NCBI GenBank assembly: GCA_018671245.1
Contig: JABHIB010000008.1
Span: 6,284-70,283 of the forward strand
Source: an archaeon
GTDB lineage: Archaea > Nanobdellota > Nanobdellia > SCGC-AAA011-G17 > PNOQ01
Length of the DNA stretch: 64,000 nt
Direction of reading: 5' to 3'
This document shows positions 55,574-64,000 of the stretch, piece by piece. How positions within the stretch are numbered: position 1 is the first letter of the stretch; the number at the start of each line of letters is the position of its first letter. Both the position numbers and the translations under genes were made by a program. Below the pieces are notes generated by a model. That model did no database searches. It saw only the letters and a program-made list of their open reading frames with translations, and was not told the origin of the DNA.

Positions 55574-56230
55574 TTATAGAAAATACTCTATATCTTCAAG
55601 TTCAGCGAATCCACGAATAACATCGTCATTTATTACCATGCTCGGGAAGCTATCTATACCATATAATGACTTCAGAATTCCTACCTCTTCAGACTCAAGA
55701 TCATAATCAAATGAATACACTCTCACAGAGGAAGGGTTTTCACTTTTTATATAACCTAAAATGAAACCTTGTCTCTCACAATCATCACATAAGGTATTAC
55801 CTTGAGAATCTTCTTTATTGGAATAAAAGTACAGAATAAGGTCATAGTCTGAACCACATTTCTCTTTAATATTCTTATAATGTAACCAATCATAAATCTC
55901 TAAAAGAGTATAATACTTTTTCAAATCCTTAACTTTCTGATGATTCTTTCCGAGTTTAGTTTCTAATTGCATTATCTCTGCAGAAACATAACCAAACTCA
56001 TCCTTCACAAAAGAATCAAACTCATACTCACAAATTCTATCCTCAAGAAGGGCACTCCTTAATTCTAATCTAAACAAATCATATCTAGTCTCATCATTAA
56101 ATTTATCAACATGTTCAACAAACATTCGATCAGCAACCATACCAAATAAAAATGCAACAACAAAAATTAAACCAGTTATAACAAACGCTAGAATGTAATT
56201 CTTTTTTGTAACTGTTCTTTTAACTACCAT
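55574..56230 (-). CDS. Membrane-anchored thioredoxin-fold protein with CxxC (CDDC)
   Basis: It has an N-terminal basic stretch plus one TM (positive-inside implies an outside domain). The Trx-like order is LILYFYS - CDDC - .. - FPSMVIND (cis-Pro loop candidate). Its start overlaps the upstream GT2 gene's stop by 7 nt. Confidence 0.45.
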   Translation of the reverse strand: MVVKRTVTKKNYILAFVITGLIFVVAFLFGMVADRMFVEHVDKFNDETRYDLFRLELRSALLEDRICEYEFDSFVKDEFGYVSAEIMQLETKLGKNHQKVKDLKKYYTLLEIYDWLHYKNIKEKCGSDYDLILYFYSNKEDSQGNTLCDDCERQGFILGYIKSENPSSVRVYSFDYDLESEEVGILKSLYGIDSFPSMVINDDVIRGFAELEDIEYFL

Positions 56231-57477
56231 TTTTGTTTTTTACCAAATATCATATCTATTAGGATTCCCAGCCAAACAAATACCAGGAACAAACCATATA
56301 CAACTAAGTATAATGGAAGGAGTATCCACTTTTCTTTAAATAACTTTTCCCCATGATGATTTATTGCAGAAAACAACAATACCATCAAGGTGGATGTAGC
56401 AAAAATCATCAAAAGTATATTTGAATACTCTATACTAAACCACCAAAACTCTGAAAAATCAATAAAATGTAAAATATCAAAATTGATATCGTACAGATTA
56501 ATAAAAAAATCATAAGTAGTACTAATTAATTTTGCAATACCTATCAGCATCAATGCCAAGACTAACCACCCCATAGCAAAAAATGCAGGAAACTGCAGCA
56601 ATCCAAAATCTCCATACTGTTTATTAAATATTAATGACCTATATTTCAAAGTATTATAGAATCCACCTTTATACCATCGATTTCTCTGTTTGTAAAAACT
56701 TTTCCAAGTTTCAGGAGCAGAAGTCTCAACAACAACTTTATTATTTTGACGTATCCTCTTATGATGTTTCTGTAAATTTAAACTCAGTTCTAAATCCTCA
56801 GTCAAATTATCCTCATCAAACCCACCGATCTCTTCAATATCCTTTTTCTTATAGACACTAAAAGGTCCGGGAGAGACAGGAATACAATCAACAAAATCCA
56901 TAATATATTTATAAAAAAATGTTACAAGATACTCTATCCATTGATATTTTAAAAGACTATTATGAGGATCTCTAACTTTTATAGCTGGAAGAACACACGC
57001 AGTTTCCTTATCAGCAGAAAAAACTGGCAACATTACCATTAAAGCATTTTTTCCAACTGTAGAGTCTGCATCAAAAACAACAAAGAACTCACCATTTGAC
57101 ATCTTAAGAGCTACATTTAAAACAGCACCCTTACCCTTGTTTGGTTTACTAACTAAAGTTATATTTCTATCTTTATGTTCCTTAATAAGTTTCTCAACAA
57201 CTTTTTTAGTGCCGTCCGAACTTCCATCATCCATAACAAAAAGTTCAATTTTATCACTAGGATAATCTAAATTCAAGACCGAGAGAATAGTTTTCTTAAT
57301 TCGTTTCTCTTCATTATAAGCAGGAATAGCAATACTAACGAGAGGAAACTTTTTCAGATTATTTACTGCCAAAGGTTTAGCACTCTCTTTATCGAAATAT
57401 GTGAGTAACCAAAATATCAATAAATACAAACTGATAAAAGTCACAAACCAATAAAATAACATATATGTCGACATCAT
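56224..57477 (-). CDS. Processive-type GT2 polysaccharide synthase (NodC/PgaC/IcaA/cellulose-synthase-like)
   Basis: 417 aa. It has an N-terminal TM, a GT2 core and 3-4 C-terminal TMs. All signature motifs are present: DDGSSDG, FDADS (DxD), TEDLELS (TED) and QRNRWYKG (QxxRW). Confidence 0.7.
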   Translation of the reverse strand: MMSTYMLFYWFVTFISLYLLIFWLLTYFDKESAKPLAVNNLKKFPLVSIAIPAYNEEKRIKKTILSVLNLDYPSDKIELFVMDDGSSDGTKKVVEKLIKEHKDRNITLVSKPNKGKGAVLNVALKMSNGEFFVVFDADSTVGKNALMVMLPVFSADKETACVLPAIKVRDPHNSLLKYQWIEYLVTFFYKYIMDFVDCIPVSPGPFSVYKKKDIEEIGGFDEDNLTEDLELSLNLQKHHKRIRQNNKVVVETSAPETWKSFYKQRNRWYKGGFYNTLKYRSLIFNKQYGDFGLLQFPAFFAMGWLVLALMLIGIAKLISTTYDFFINLYDINFDILHFIDFSEFWWFSIEYSNILLMIFATSTLMVLLFSAINHHGEKLFKEKWILLPLYLVVYGLFLVFVWLGILIDMIFGKKQKW

Positions 57478-57509
57478 GTAAATTCAAGAATTACTAAAAA
57501 CTTTTAAGA

Positions 57510-57848
57510 CTATCTAACAATAAAATAAATCCCAGAAAGGATCAAAAAAACACCAAACCAATTAAACATATTAATTTTTTCTCCCAAAAATACTGTGGCA
57601 AATATCATTACCCAAATATAACTAGTAGCAATCACTGGATAGAGTAAAGAAACCTCTCCAAATTTTAAAGCAAAGATGAATAAGACTGTGGCGAGGGCAT
57701 ACAAAAATAATCCCAACAATATATGGTAATTAGTTAATATACTAAGATCTAATTTTGCACTAGGTGCACCAAGTTTGAAGAAGATCTGACCTACAGCACC
57801 AAGAAAGGCACAGAAAGCTACAAATAAAATCAAAATATATTTCTCCAT
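57510..57848 (-). CDS. Small EamA/SMR-like 4-TM protein (ArnE/ArnF-like flippase subunit candidate)
   Basis: 112 aa with four hydrophobic helices. It is positioned between two GT2 genes. Confidence 0.5.
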   Translation of the reverse strand: MEKYILILFVAFCAFLGAVGQIFFKLGAPSAKLDLSILTNYHILLGLFLYALATVLFIFALKFGEVSLLYPVIATSYIWVMIFATVFLGEKINMFNWFGVFLILSGIYFIVR

Positions 57849-57854
57849 CTTAAA

Positions 57855-58547
57855 TTAGTTAGGATACCTACCTTTTAAATTATTTCCCATTATCTTGAAA
57901 AGTTCAAAGAGAGTTATAAGGTAATGAATAGGTTTGACTTTGCTCCCTTCTACATTTTTCCAAACAACAGGAACCTCTTTGATTTTAATCTTGTCTTTTT
58001 GTGCTAAAAATAGAATTTCAAAATCAAAACCAAATCCTTCAATAGTTTGCTTACTAAATAAATCCTTAGCCACATCAGATTTGTATAATTTAAATCCACA
58101 CTGAGTATCTTTTATTCCCTTAACAACAGATCGGATTAATAAATTTCCAACACGACCAAGTAATTTTCTAAAAATATTATTTTGAACCTCAGACTCTGCC
58201 AAAGCTCTCGACCCAATAACAACCGAATAAGAATCAACATACTTTTTCAACTTATCAAACTCTTCAATAGGCGTAGATAGATCTGCATCACTAAATAAGA
58301 TTAAATCACCACTTGACATAGCAACTCCTTCTTTTACAGAATAGCCCTTACCTTTATTCTCTCTTTTGTTATTTAATTTAATAGAACTGAACTTCTTAAC
58401 AACCGAACGAGTACCATCACTACTACCATCATCTACTACAATAATTTCACAATCTTGATCCTTAAAGAACTCACTAATCTTTTCAAGAGTACTAACTATC
58501 CTTTTCTCTTCATTATATGCAGGGATTATTATTGAAACTTTAGACAT
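57855..58547 (-). CDS. GT2 polyprenyl/dolichyl-phosphate glycosyltransferase (DPM1/ArnC-like)
   Basis: 230 aa. It has VSIIIPAYNEEKRI, VVDDGSSDGT and FSDADLS. Confidence 0.75.
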   Translation of the reverse strand: MSKVSIIIPAYNEEKRIVSTLEKISEFFKDQDCEIIVVDDGSSDGTRSVVKKFSSIKLNNKRENKGKGYSVKEGVAMSSGDLILFSDADLSTPIEEFDKLKKYVDSYSVVIGSRALAESEVQNNIFRKLLGRVGNLLIRSVVKGIKDTQCGFKLYKSDVAKDLFSKQTIEGFGFDFEILFLAQKDKIKIKEVPVVWKNVEGSKVKPIHYLITLFELFKIMGNNLKGRYPN

Positions 58548-59907
58548 TTTTATTCCTCAAAACATACTCATCACACCAGCTTGAATTATCATAAAAAACA
58601 ACATCATAATATCTTTTAAAATAATCTAATGGGAATACACCTTCATAATCGCAGGAAGAATAGAATATACAATCAATACTATTAACTTGAGATTTTATCT
58701 GAGGAGTAGTCCAAGAACCATAATAAGGTTGAACATTATTCCAATGAACAGCAGCCAAAGGACTAGAACTGGCAACCCTTACATTCTCGGGACAAAATTC
58801 TAACAGTTCAGGAACATTCTCTTCAGCATAGAATGGAAGAACATCATTAGTATAAGGTAAGAAACCGAAAGTAGTGAACGAAACAACCAAATAAAGTGCA
58901 AGTAATATGTATCTAACTTTTTTAAATTTAAAATTGACAAACCCTAAACCAATAATTAGACAGATAGCAAATAAAATTGGAGTAGTATATCTCTCTTCCC
59001 TCATAGAAACAAAAAGCTGGAGAAACCCTCCGAAAATCAACATAGGCAATAAAACAAAAAATAATTTTTTCTCATTCATCTTCTTAAAAAAATGATAGAG
59101 CCCATTTACAAAAAATACTAATAGAAAATTGAAAAATAAAAATAAAAATACTATATAGAACCAATCATACTGAGTTATCAAAACTGGCACACCATGATTA
59201 GTAGATATTGATGACAAACCAGCTTTCAGAGAAATAAAAGCATCTCCAAATTTAATATAATTATAATATAAATACACACCAAGCATAGCAAACGCAGTTA
59301 AATTAAATCCTAAAAATCTACGAATAGATTTTGCTCTTCTTTTAATAACATCCCACCCAAGTTTCAAACTAAGTGGGATTAATAAGAATGCGACAGGATA
59401 TCTTATCAGCATTGCAAAACCAGCCAAGAACCCTGCCAAAACAGAGTTCCTAAATCCTCCTTTTAATATAAGATAATAAGCAAAGAGAATGAAGAACGTA
59501 GCAGGAATGCTAGAGTATAGTCTAAAACCTAAAAAGAAAAACAAAGCATTGAAGGCCAAAACAAAACTAGCAACTAACGCAACTCTCTTATCAAAAATTT
59601 TCTTACCCAATAAATAAACTAAATAAATAATTCCAAGATTACAAATGACCTCAAAGATCTTGCCAACAAAAACCACATCTAATCCAAGTTTCCAGAAAAT
59701 ACCAAAAATAAATGGTAAACCTATAGGTCTTAAAAATTCCCAGAACCCGAAAGTTCCAAACATACTTTTAGCCATCCCGATATACACTGCAGAATCCCAC
59801 CAGATACCATTGAATCTATTAAAAAAAACTAATCTAAGAATAAGAGTGGATATGAGGATGAAAAATATGAATTTATTTTCAATAAAAAATCTCTTTAACT
59901 TAACCAT
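58540..59907 (-). CDS. GT-C fold membrane glycosyltransferase (GT39/GT83, PMT/ArnT-like)
   Basis: About 455 aa, polytopic. The first loop carries WWDSAVYIGMAKS. It is a paralog of 30157-31692. The track start is TTG (59931), so I used ATG 59907. Confidence 0.7.
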   Translation of the reverse strand: MVKLKRFFIENKFIFFILISTLILRLVFFNRFNGIWWDSAVYIGMAKSMFGTFGFWEFLRPIGLPFIFGIFWKLGLDVVFVGKIFEVICNLGIIYLVYLLGKKIFDKRVALVASFVLAFNALFFFLGFRLYSSIPATFFILFAYYLILKGGFRNSVLAGFLAGFAMLIRYPVAFLLIPLSLKLGWDVIKRRAKSIRRFLGFNLTAFAMLGVYLYYNYIKFGDAFISLKAGLSSISTNHGVPVLITQYDWFYIVFLFLFFNFLLVFFVNGLYHFFKKMNEKKLFFVLLPMLIFGGFLQLFVSMREERYTTPILFAICLIIGLGFVNFKFKKVRYILLALYLVVSFTTFGFLPYTNDVLPFYAEENVPELLEFCPENVRVASSSPLAAVHWNNVQPYYGSWTTPQIKSQVNSIDCIFYSSCDYEGVFPLDYFKRYYDVVFYDNSSWCDEYVLRNKNV

Positions 59908-59911
59908 CGAA

Positions 59912-60406
59912 TCACTCCGAAATATCTCCAAACTTTGATTTTAATTCTTCTTGTACTACGTCAAAATAATCATAGAATTTCTGAGTTAATTTTAAAAGTT
60001 TTGTTCTCCCAAATTTTTCAGAAGTAACAAATCCTTCTTCTTTTAATTTCCTAATGTGATCATAACATTTATTTCCGCGAACAGAAACAACATCACACTG
60101 GATTGCAGGCTGTTTATATGCAACCACTGCCAAAGTTTTTTGAGTAGGCATATCAAGTTCAGCATTATCCAATAATTTTTCAGTTAAATATAGGTAACTT
60201 TTCTTTATGTTTAATTTCCATTTACCTGCATCTTCAATTATTTCCAAAGAAGATTCCCTCTCATCATAATCTTTTTGAACTTCTTTAATCAAAGTTCTCA
60301 GATATCCTGCACTGCCAATACCACACAAGGTACTAAGCTCTTCCAATTTCAAGAATCTACCAGTCGTAAAAAGTACAGCCTCTATTTTATTTTTGTCATT
60401 AGACAT
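59912..60406 (-). CDS. scpB: Segregation and condensation protein B (ScpB)
   Basis: 164 aa. It has IEAVLFTTGRFLKLEEL and tandem winged-helix spacing (..LAVVAYKQPAIQCDVVSVRG..). Confidence 0.7.
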   Translation of the reverse strand: MSNDKNKIEAVLFTTGRFLKLEELSTLCGIGSAGYLRTLIKEVQKDYDERESSLEIIEDAGKWKLNIKKSYLYLTEKLLDNAELDMPTQKTLAVVAYKQPAIQCDVVSVRGNKCYDHIRKLKEEGFVTSEKFGRTKLLKLTQKFYDYFDVVQEELKSKFGDISE

Positions 60407-60439
60407 AATTCAGAAATAGCAAGAAGGTATTTAAATAAT

Positions 60440-61531
60440 TTACTGAAGTTCATACCTTAAGAATGCTGCAACCTTCCCAATGTTTCTTAATTGTTCACCC
60501 TCACGAGTATCAACAGAAATCATCATAATCTCAGCACCAGTATCTACAGCTTTTTGTTCAAGTTTATCAATTAAGTCTTGATCTGTTTTCTCAGAAACAA
60601 GAATTTTTTTAACTGCAGCTTTATCTAAAGCGTCAATAACATCTTTTTCACCATAACGGACTTTCTTTGAACCCTTTGCAAGCTCAGAAAAAAAATCTTC
60701 CATAATCTGTTTCTCTTCAATTATACTCTCTTCAGCAAGAGCCTCACTACTCTTATCAACAAGTTCATTCAACCCGAACTCTCCAGTATAACTAAGATCC
60801 TGAACACTCTTTATTTTAGCCTTAATCCTAGTATCCATATAATATCCATCTATGAAATACTCTTTAGTTGGACCAGGTCCACCAACCAAAAGTCCCTTCA
60901 TATCTTTCAGCTCTAAAAACTCTTTATTTACAGCATCACCAATTCTCTTAAAGAATTCATGCATTGCTTCTTCTCTTAATCTTGCATATCTCTGTTGACT
61001 CTGACCACCTTTTGTTGTTTTTCCAGGAACATTTGAAGTAAAACTAGCCAGCTCGACAATTGCAGTTCCCTTCAACATACCAATATTACCTTCACGCCTA
61101 TCAACAACAAGCAGACCATAAGATTCTTTATGCTCCATCATATCTTTAAGAATATTAGTAACGAATTTTTGATCACACCTATACAATCTAGTCTGTAAAG
61201 GTTGTGGAGGTTCAACATGAAAAACCTCTATCTTAATTTGACTCTCATTTTTTGAAACATTTCCTGCGAATACAGCAAGACCATTTTCTGGAGTTTTTTT
61301 GTATAATCTAAGATGACGAATAACTTTCTCAATACTATCTATAACATTTTTCCGAGTTCTAGCATCTTTAATATTCGTAGCAGTGTGTTGCTCTTGAAAA
61401 AGATGTTCAATAATTTTATGAAGAGAATAACCTGTAGGGATATAATAAGTAACCAACTCGGTATGTCTACCCTTAGTTGAATCTAATTCATTAACAAATT
61501 TTTTCAACTTTAATTTTTCTTTTGTATCCAT
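60440..61531 (-). CDS. prf1: Peptide chain release factor aRF1
   Basis: 363 aa. It has GGQSQQRYARL (GGQ) and TATNIKDARTR in place of the canonical NIKS loop. The C-terminus is AFLRY. Confidence 0.85.
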   Translation of the reverse strand: MDTKEKLKLKKFVNELDSTKGRHTELVTYYIPTGYSLHKIIEHLFQEQHTATNIKDARTRKNVIDSIEKVIRHLRLYKKTPENGLAVFAGNVSKNESQIKIEVFHVEPPQPLQTRLYRCDQKFVTNILKDMMEHKESYGLLVVDRREGNIGMLKGTAIVELASFTSNVPGKTTKGGQSQQRYARLREEAMHEFFKRIGDAVNKEFLELKDMKGLLVGGPGPTKEYFIDGYYMDTRIKAKIKSVQDLSYTGEFGLNELVDKSSEALAEESIIEEKQIMEDFFSELAKGSKKVRYGEKDVIDALDKAAVKKILVSEKTDQDLIDKLEQKAVDTGAEIMMISVDTREGEQLRNIGKVAAFLRYELQ

Positions 61532-61532
61532 C

Positions 61533-63926
61533 TTAAAATAACACTCTTAATTTACTTCCTATTTCAATATCTTTAGCGCAACTAACCGATTTTAAGTCAC
61601 CTAAACTATCTCTCAACAGACTTTCATCATCTGCACAAAGAGTTAAAGAAATCTCTGCTTTTAAAGATTTGTTATGTTTCGCCTTAGTCTGTCTAATCTC
61701 GGTGATTATCTCAACAAATCTGTCCCACACACCTTCATTATGTTCATCTTTCAAGTTTTTATCATATTTACTAAACTCGGAAACATGGATACTTTCAAAA
61801 TCTTCAAATTTATATAAGTGATAAATCTCCTCAGTAATATATGGCATAATTGGAGCAAATAATTTCAAGCTATTCAAAATTAAATACCTCAAGGTATACT
61901 GTGCACTTCTTCTTGAACTATCGCCACGACTATCAGGATTGTATAATCTATCCTTGGCAATCTCCAAATAATTATCACAAATCTGATTCCAAAAAAAAGA
62001 CTCAGCAAGAGATTTTGCTTTAGAATATTCATAGTTTTCAAAAAACTCATGCACTTCTTTTACCATATTATTAAACTTAGATAAAATTCCTTTATCAATA
62101 GAATCCAATTTCACAGGTTTATTATCAAAATCTTCAAGATGCATAATAGAAAATTTAGAAGCGTTCCACAATTTATTGATCATCTTTACTCCAGTCATAA
62201 CATCATCTTCAAGATAAGAATAATCTTTCCCTAAAGATGAACCTGATGCCCAAAACCTCATAGCATCCGCACCATACTTATCTAATATCTCTCGAGGATT
62301 AACCACATTACCTTTTGATTTTGACATTTTCTCTTTATTTGGATCAAGAACAAATCCAGAGATAGCAACATCTTTCCAAGGGATCTCGCCACAATTATAT
62401 ATTCCTTTTACAATAGTATAAAATGCCCAGGTTCTAATTATATCATGTGCTTGTGGCCTCAAAGACATAGGATACATTTTTTCAAATTTAACATCTTTAT
62501 AATCTTCACTTTCATTTTCTGCCCAATTTAAAACAATCTGAGGAGTTAAAGAAGAAGTTGCCCAAGTATCCATAACGTCAGGTTCAGGAACAAAATTATC
62601 AGAACCACAAGAACATTTCTTCAAAGGTTTATCTTTAAACGGATCTACAGGTAATTGTTTTTCATCGGCAATAATCTCGGAACCACAATCCTCACAATAC
62701 CAGAGAGGGAAAGGAATACCATAAAATCTCTGTCTAGAAATCCCCCAATCCCAACTTAAGTTTTTTACCCAATTAACATATCTTGTTTTCATAAATCCTG
62801 GATACCAATTTATTTTATCAGCAGCCTTAATTAATTTAGTTTTATTCTTAAGAACTTCAATGAACCACTGTTTTGAAGCTAGAAACTCTATCTCAGTTCC
62901 ACACTTATCATGTACATTAACAGCATGCTCAATAGATTTTTTATCAACCAATAATTTTTCTTTTTCTAAATCTTCTAAAATCTTCATCCTAGCTTCTTTT
63001 AATTTTAAACCAGAATAAGGATTAGCAAGATCATTCATTTTACCTTCTTTAGTTAAGACAATACGTGGATCTAAATCTCTTTTAGTAATTGCTTCCACAT
63101 CATACTTATCACCATAGCTACAAATCATCAAAACACCTGTACCCTTTTCAGGATCAGCAGATTCATCAGCAAAGATAGGAACTTCATAATCAAATAATGG
63201 CACTTTTGCACTCTTACCTATAATCTTTTTATATTTTTTATCTTCAGGATTTACATAGATACAAACACATGCAGGAATTAATTCTGGACGAGTAGTAGAA
63301 ACTACCAAATCTTTCCCATCAACTTTGAAAACAATATCATTAAAACTTGATTTAAAATTCTTATCTTCTAACTCAGCTTGAGCAATAGCAGTTTTACAAT
63401 TAACACACCACATAGTTGGTGCAGTTTTTAATTTGACTAATTTTTTCTTATACAGATCAATGAAAGATTTTTGTGAAGTTTTCATAGAGTGATCATCAAT
63501 TGTGGAATAAGTTGTATCGAAATCACAACTCATACCTATATTCTTCCAATCTTGAATAAAATCAGGTTTAACTTCCTTAACAGTTTTTTGACACAGTTTA
63601 ACAAACTCAGATTTAGTCATAGAGTTATGCCTAACTCCCTTTAATCTTTCAATTAATTTTTCGGTAGGTAAGCCATTATCATCAGTACCAAAAGGAAAGA
63701 AAACATTCTTACCATTCATCCGATGGTATCTAACAAGAAAATCTTGTTGGGAATATGAAAATGCATGTCCAATGTGCATATCTCCAGAAACAGTCGGAGG
63801 AGGAGTATCTACAGAATAAATTTCCTTTTTGCTCTTTGGATCAAATTTATAGATTCCTTCTTCCTTCCAAAATTCATCCCATTTCTTTTCAGAAACTTTA
63901 AAATCATATTTTTTAGGTAACTTCAT
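61533..63926 (-). CDS. valS: Valine--tRNA ligase (class I aaRS)
   Basis: About 797 aa. It has TPPPTVSGDMHIGHAFSY (HIGH), KMSKSKGN (KMSKS) and an editing-domain-sized insertion. The Val versus Ile/Leu assignment comes from the PPPxxSG..H.GH context. The track start is TTG (63938), so I used ATG 63926. Confidence 0.7.
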   Translation of the reverse strand: MKLPKKYDFKVSEKKWDEFWKEEGIYKFDPKSKKEIYSVDTPPPTVSGDMHIGHAFSYSQQDFLVRYHRMNGKNVFFPFGTDDNGLPTEKLIERLKGVRHNSMTKSEFVKLCQKTVKEVKPDFIQDWKNIGMSCDFDTTYSTIDDHSMKTSQKSFIDLYKKKLVKLKTAPTMWCVNCKTAIAQAELEDKNFKSSFNDIVFKVDGKDLVVSTTRPELIPACVCIYVNPEDKKYKKIIGKSAKVPLFDYEVPIFADESADPEKGTGVLMICSYGDKYDVEAITKRDLDPRIVLTKEGKMNDLANPYSGLKLKEARMKILEDLEKEKLLVDKKSIEHAVNVHDKCGTEIEFLASKQWFIEVLKNKTKLIKAADKINWYPGFMKTRYVNWVKNLSWDWGISRQRFYGIPFPLWYCEDCGSEIIADEKQLPVDPFKDKPLKKCSCGSDNFVPEPDVMDTWATSSLTPQIVLNWAENESEDYKDVKFEKMYPMSLRPQAHDIIRTWAFYTIVKGIYNCGEIPWKDVAISGFVLDPNKEKMSKSKGNVVNPREILDKYGADAMRFWASGSSLGKDYSYLEDDVMTGVKMINKLWNASKFSIMHLEDFDNKPVKLDSIDKGILSKFNNMVKEVHEFFENYEYSKAKSLAESFFWNQICDNYLEIAKDRLYNPDSRGDSSRRSAQYTLRYLILNSLKLFAPIMPYITEEIYHLYKFEDFESIHVSEFSKYDKNLKDEHNEGVWDRFVEIITEIRQTKAKHNKSLKAEISLTLCADDESLLRDSLGDLKSVSCAKDIEIGSKLRVLF

Positions 63927-64000
63927 ACTATTAATCAAATCTCAAAGTTTTTATTTAAAACTTTCTAATATATAACCTACAGAACTAAAAATTCATAGTT

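Noticed and set aside
60440-61531. Stop-codon reassignment suggested by the NIKD variant of aRF1.
   Set aside because: All three stop codons end well-supported ORFs at family-typical lengths. Examples are TAA at 3052-3054, TGA at 12861-12863 and TAG at 15886-15888. I saw no conserved gene interrupted by an in-frame stop.
1-64000. CRISPR arrays, diversity-generating retroelements, integrases, transposases or prophage remnants, especially next to the two tRNA-Ser genes.
   Set aside because: I saw no repeat-spacer periodicity and no ORF with a reverse-transcriptase, integrase or transposase motif. I found no direct repeat of the tRNA 3-prime ends by eye. An exhaustive repeat search was not possible by hand.

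Overview
This is a 64-kb, very AT-rich archaeal chromosome segment. All calls come from reading translations and motifs by eye; no homology search, folding or statistics were run. Archaeal hallmarks are visible directly: PCNA, TFS, Rpo11/RpoL, aRF1 (GGQ), MBF1, AglB/STT3 (WWDYGYW) and an intron-containing tRNA-Ser. Compact overlapping genes, shortened housekeeping proteins and a form-III RuBisCO/AMP-phosphorylase set suggest a small-genome DPANN-type archaeon (inference only). Content in order:
(1) 1-2051: a secreted PKD-domain protein running off the left edge.
(2) 2.1-4.6 kb: secF-secD.
(3) 4755-4881: tRNA-Ser(CGA) with a 44-nt intron.
(4) about 4.9-31.7 kb: a roughly 27-kb glycan-biosynthesis island. 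It holds a Wzx-like flippase, aglB plus an AglH-like phosphotransferase, and a CDP-glucose/3-dehydrase (rfbFGH-like) operon with a split transketolase. It also holds a DmpG-like aldolase::cytidylyltransferase fusion, a second nucleotide-sugar operon, GT2/GT4 enzymes, methyltransferases, a sulfotransferase and a GT2 + GT-C + flippase-like module.
(5) 32.6-40.6 kb: eIF-2B-like isomerase, HAD and form-III RuBisCO in one overlapping operon, with AMP phosphorylase nearby. In between are Dph6, an HPP protein, a RimK-like ligase, a retropepsin-like protease and an AI-2E transporter.
(6) 40.6-52.4 kb: an uninterrupted minus-strand block of cell-surface genes. It contains a membrane-anchored metzincin-like protease, tRNA-Ser(UGA), two paralogous small secreted proteins and an S-layer protein. 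It then contains an operon of five proteins with class-III (type IV pilin-like) signal peptides around a roughly 1231-aa cysteine-rich giant. This operon is the best candidate for an undescribed system.
(7) 52.4-64 kb: PCNA, TFS, signal peptidase, RpoL, METTL5-like methylase and MBF1. These are followed by a second GT-C/GT2/ArnE-like module with a processive QxxRW GT2 and a membrane-anchored thioredoxin-like protein, then ScpB, aRF1 and ValRS.
Many ORF-track entries begin at TTG or GTG just upstream of an in-frame ATG, or overlap a tRNA. I moved those starts to the ATG and say so per feature. No CRISPR array, transposase, integrase or rRNA was seen.
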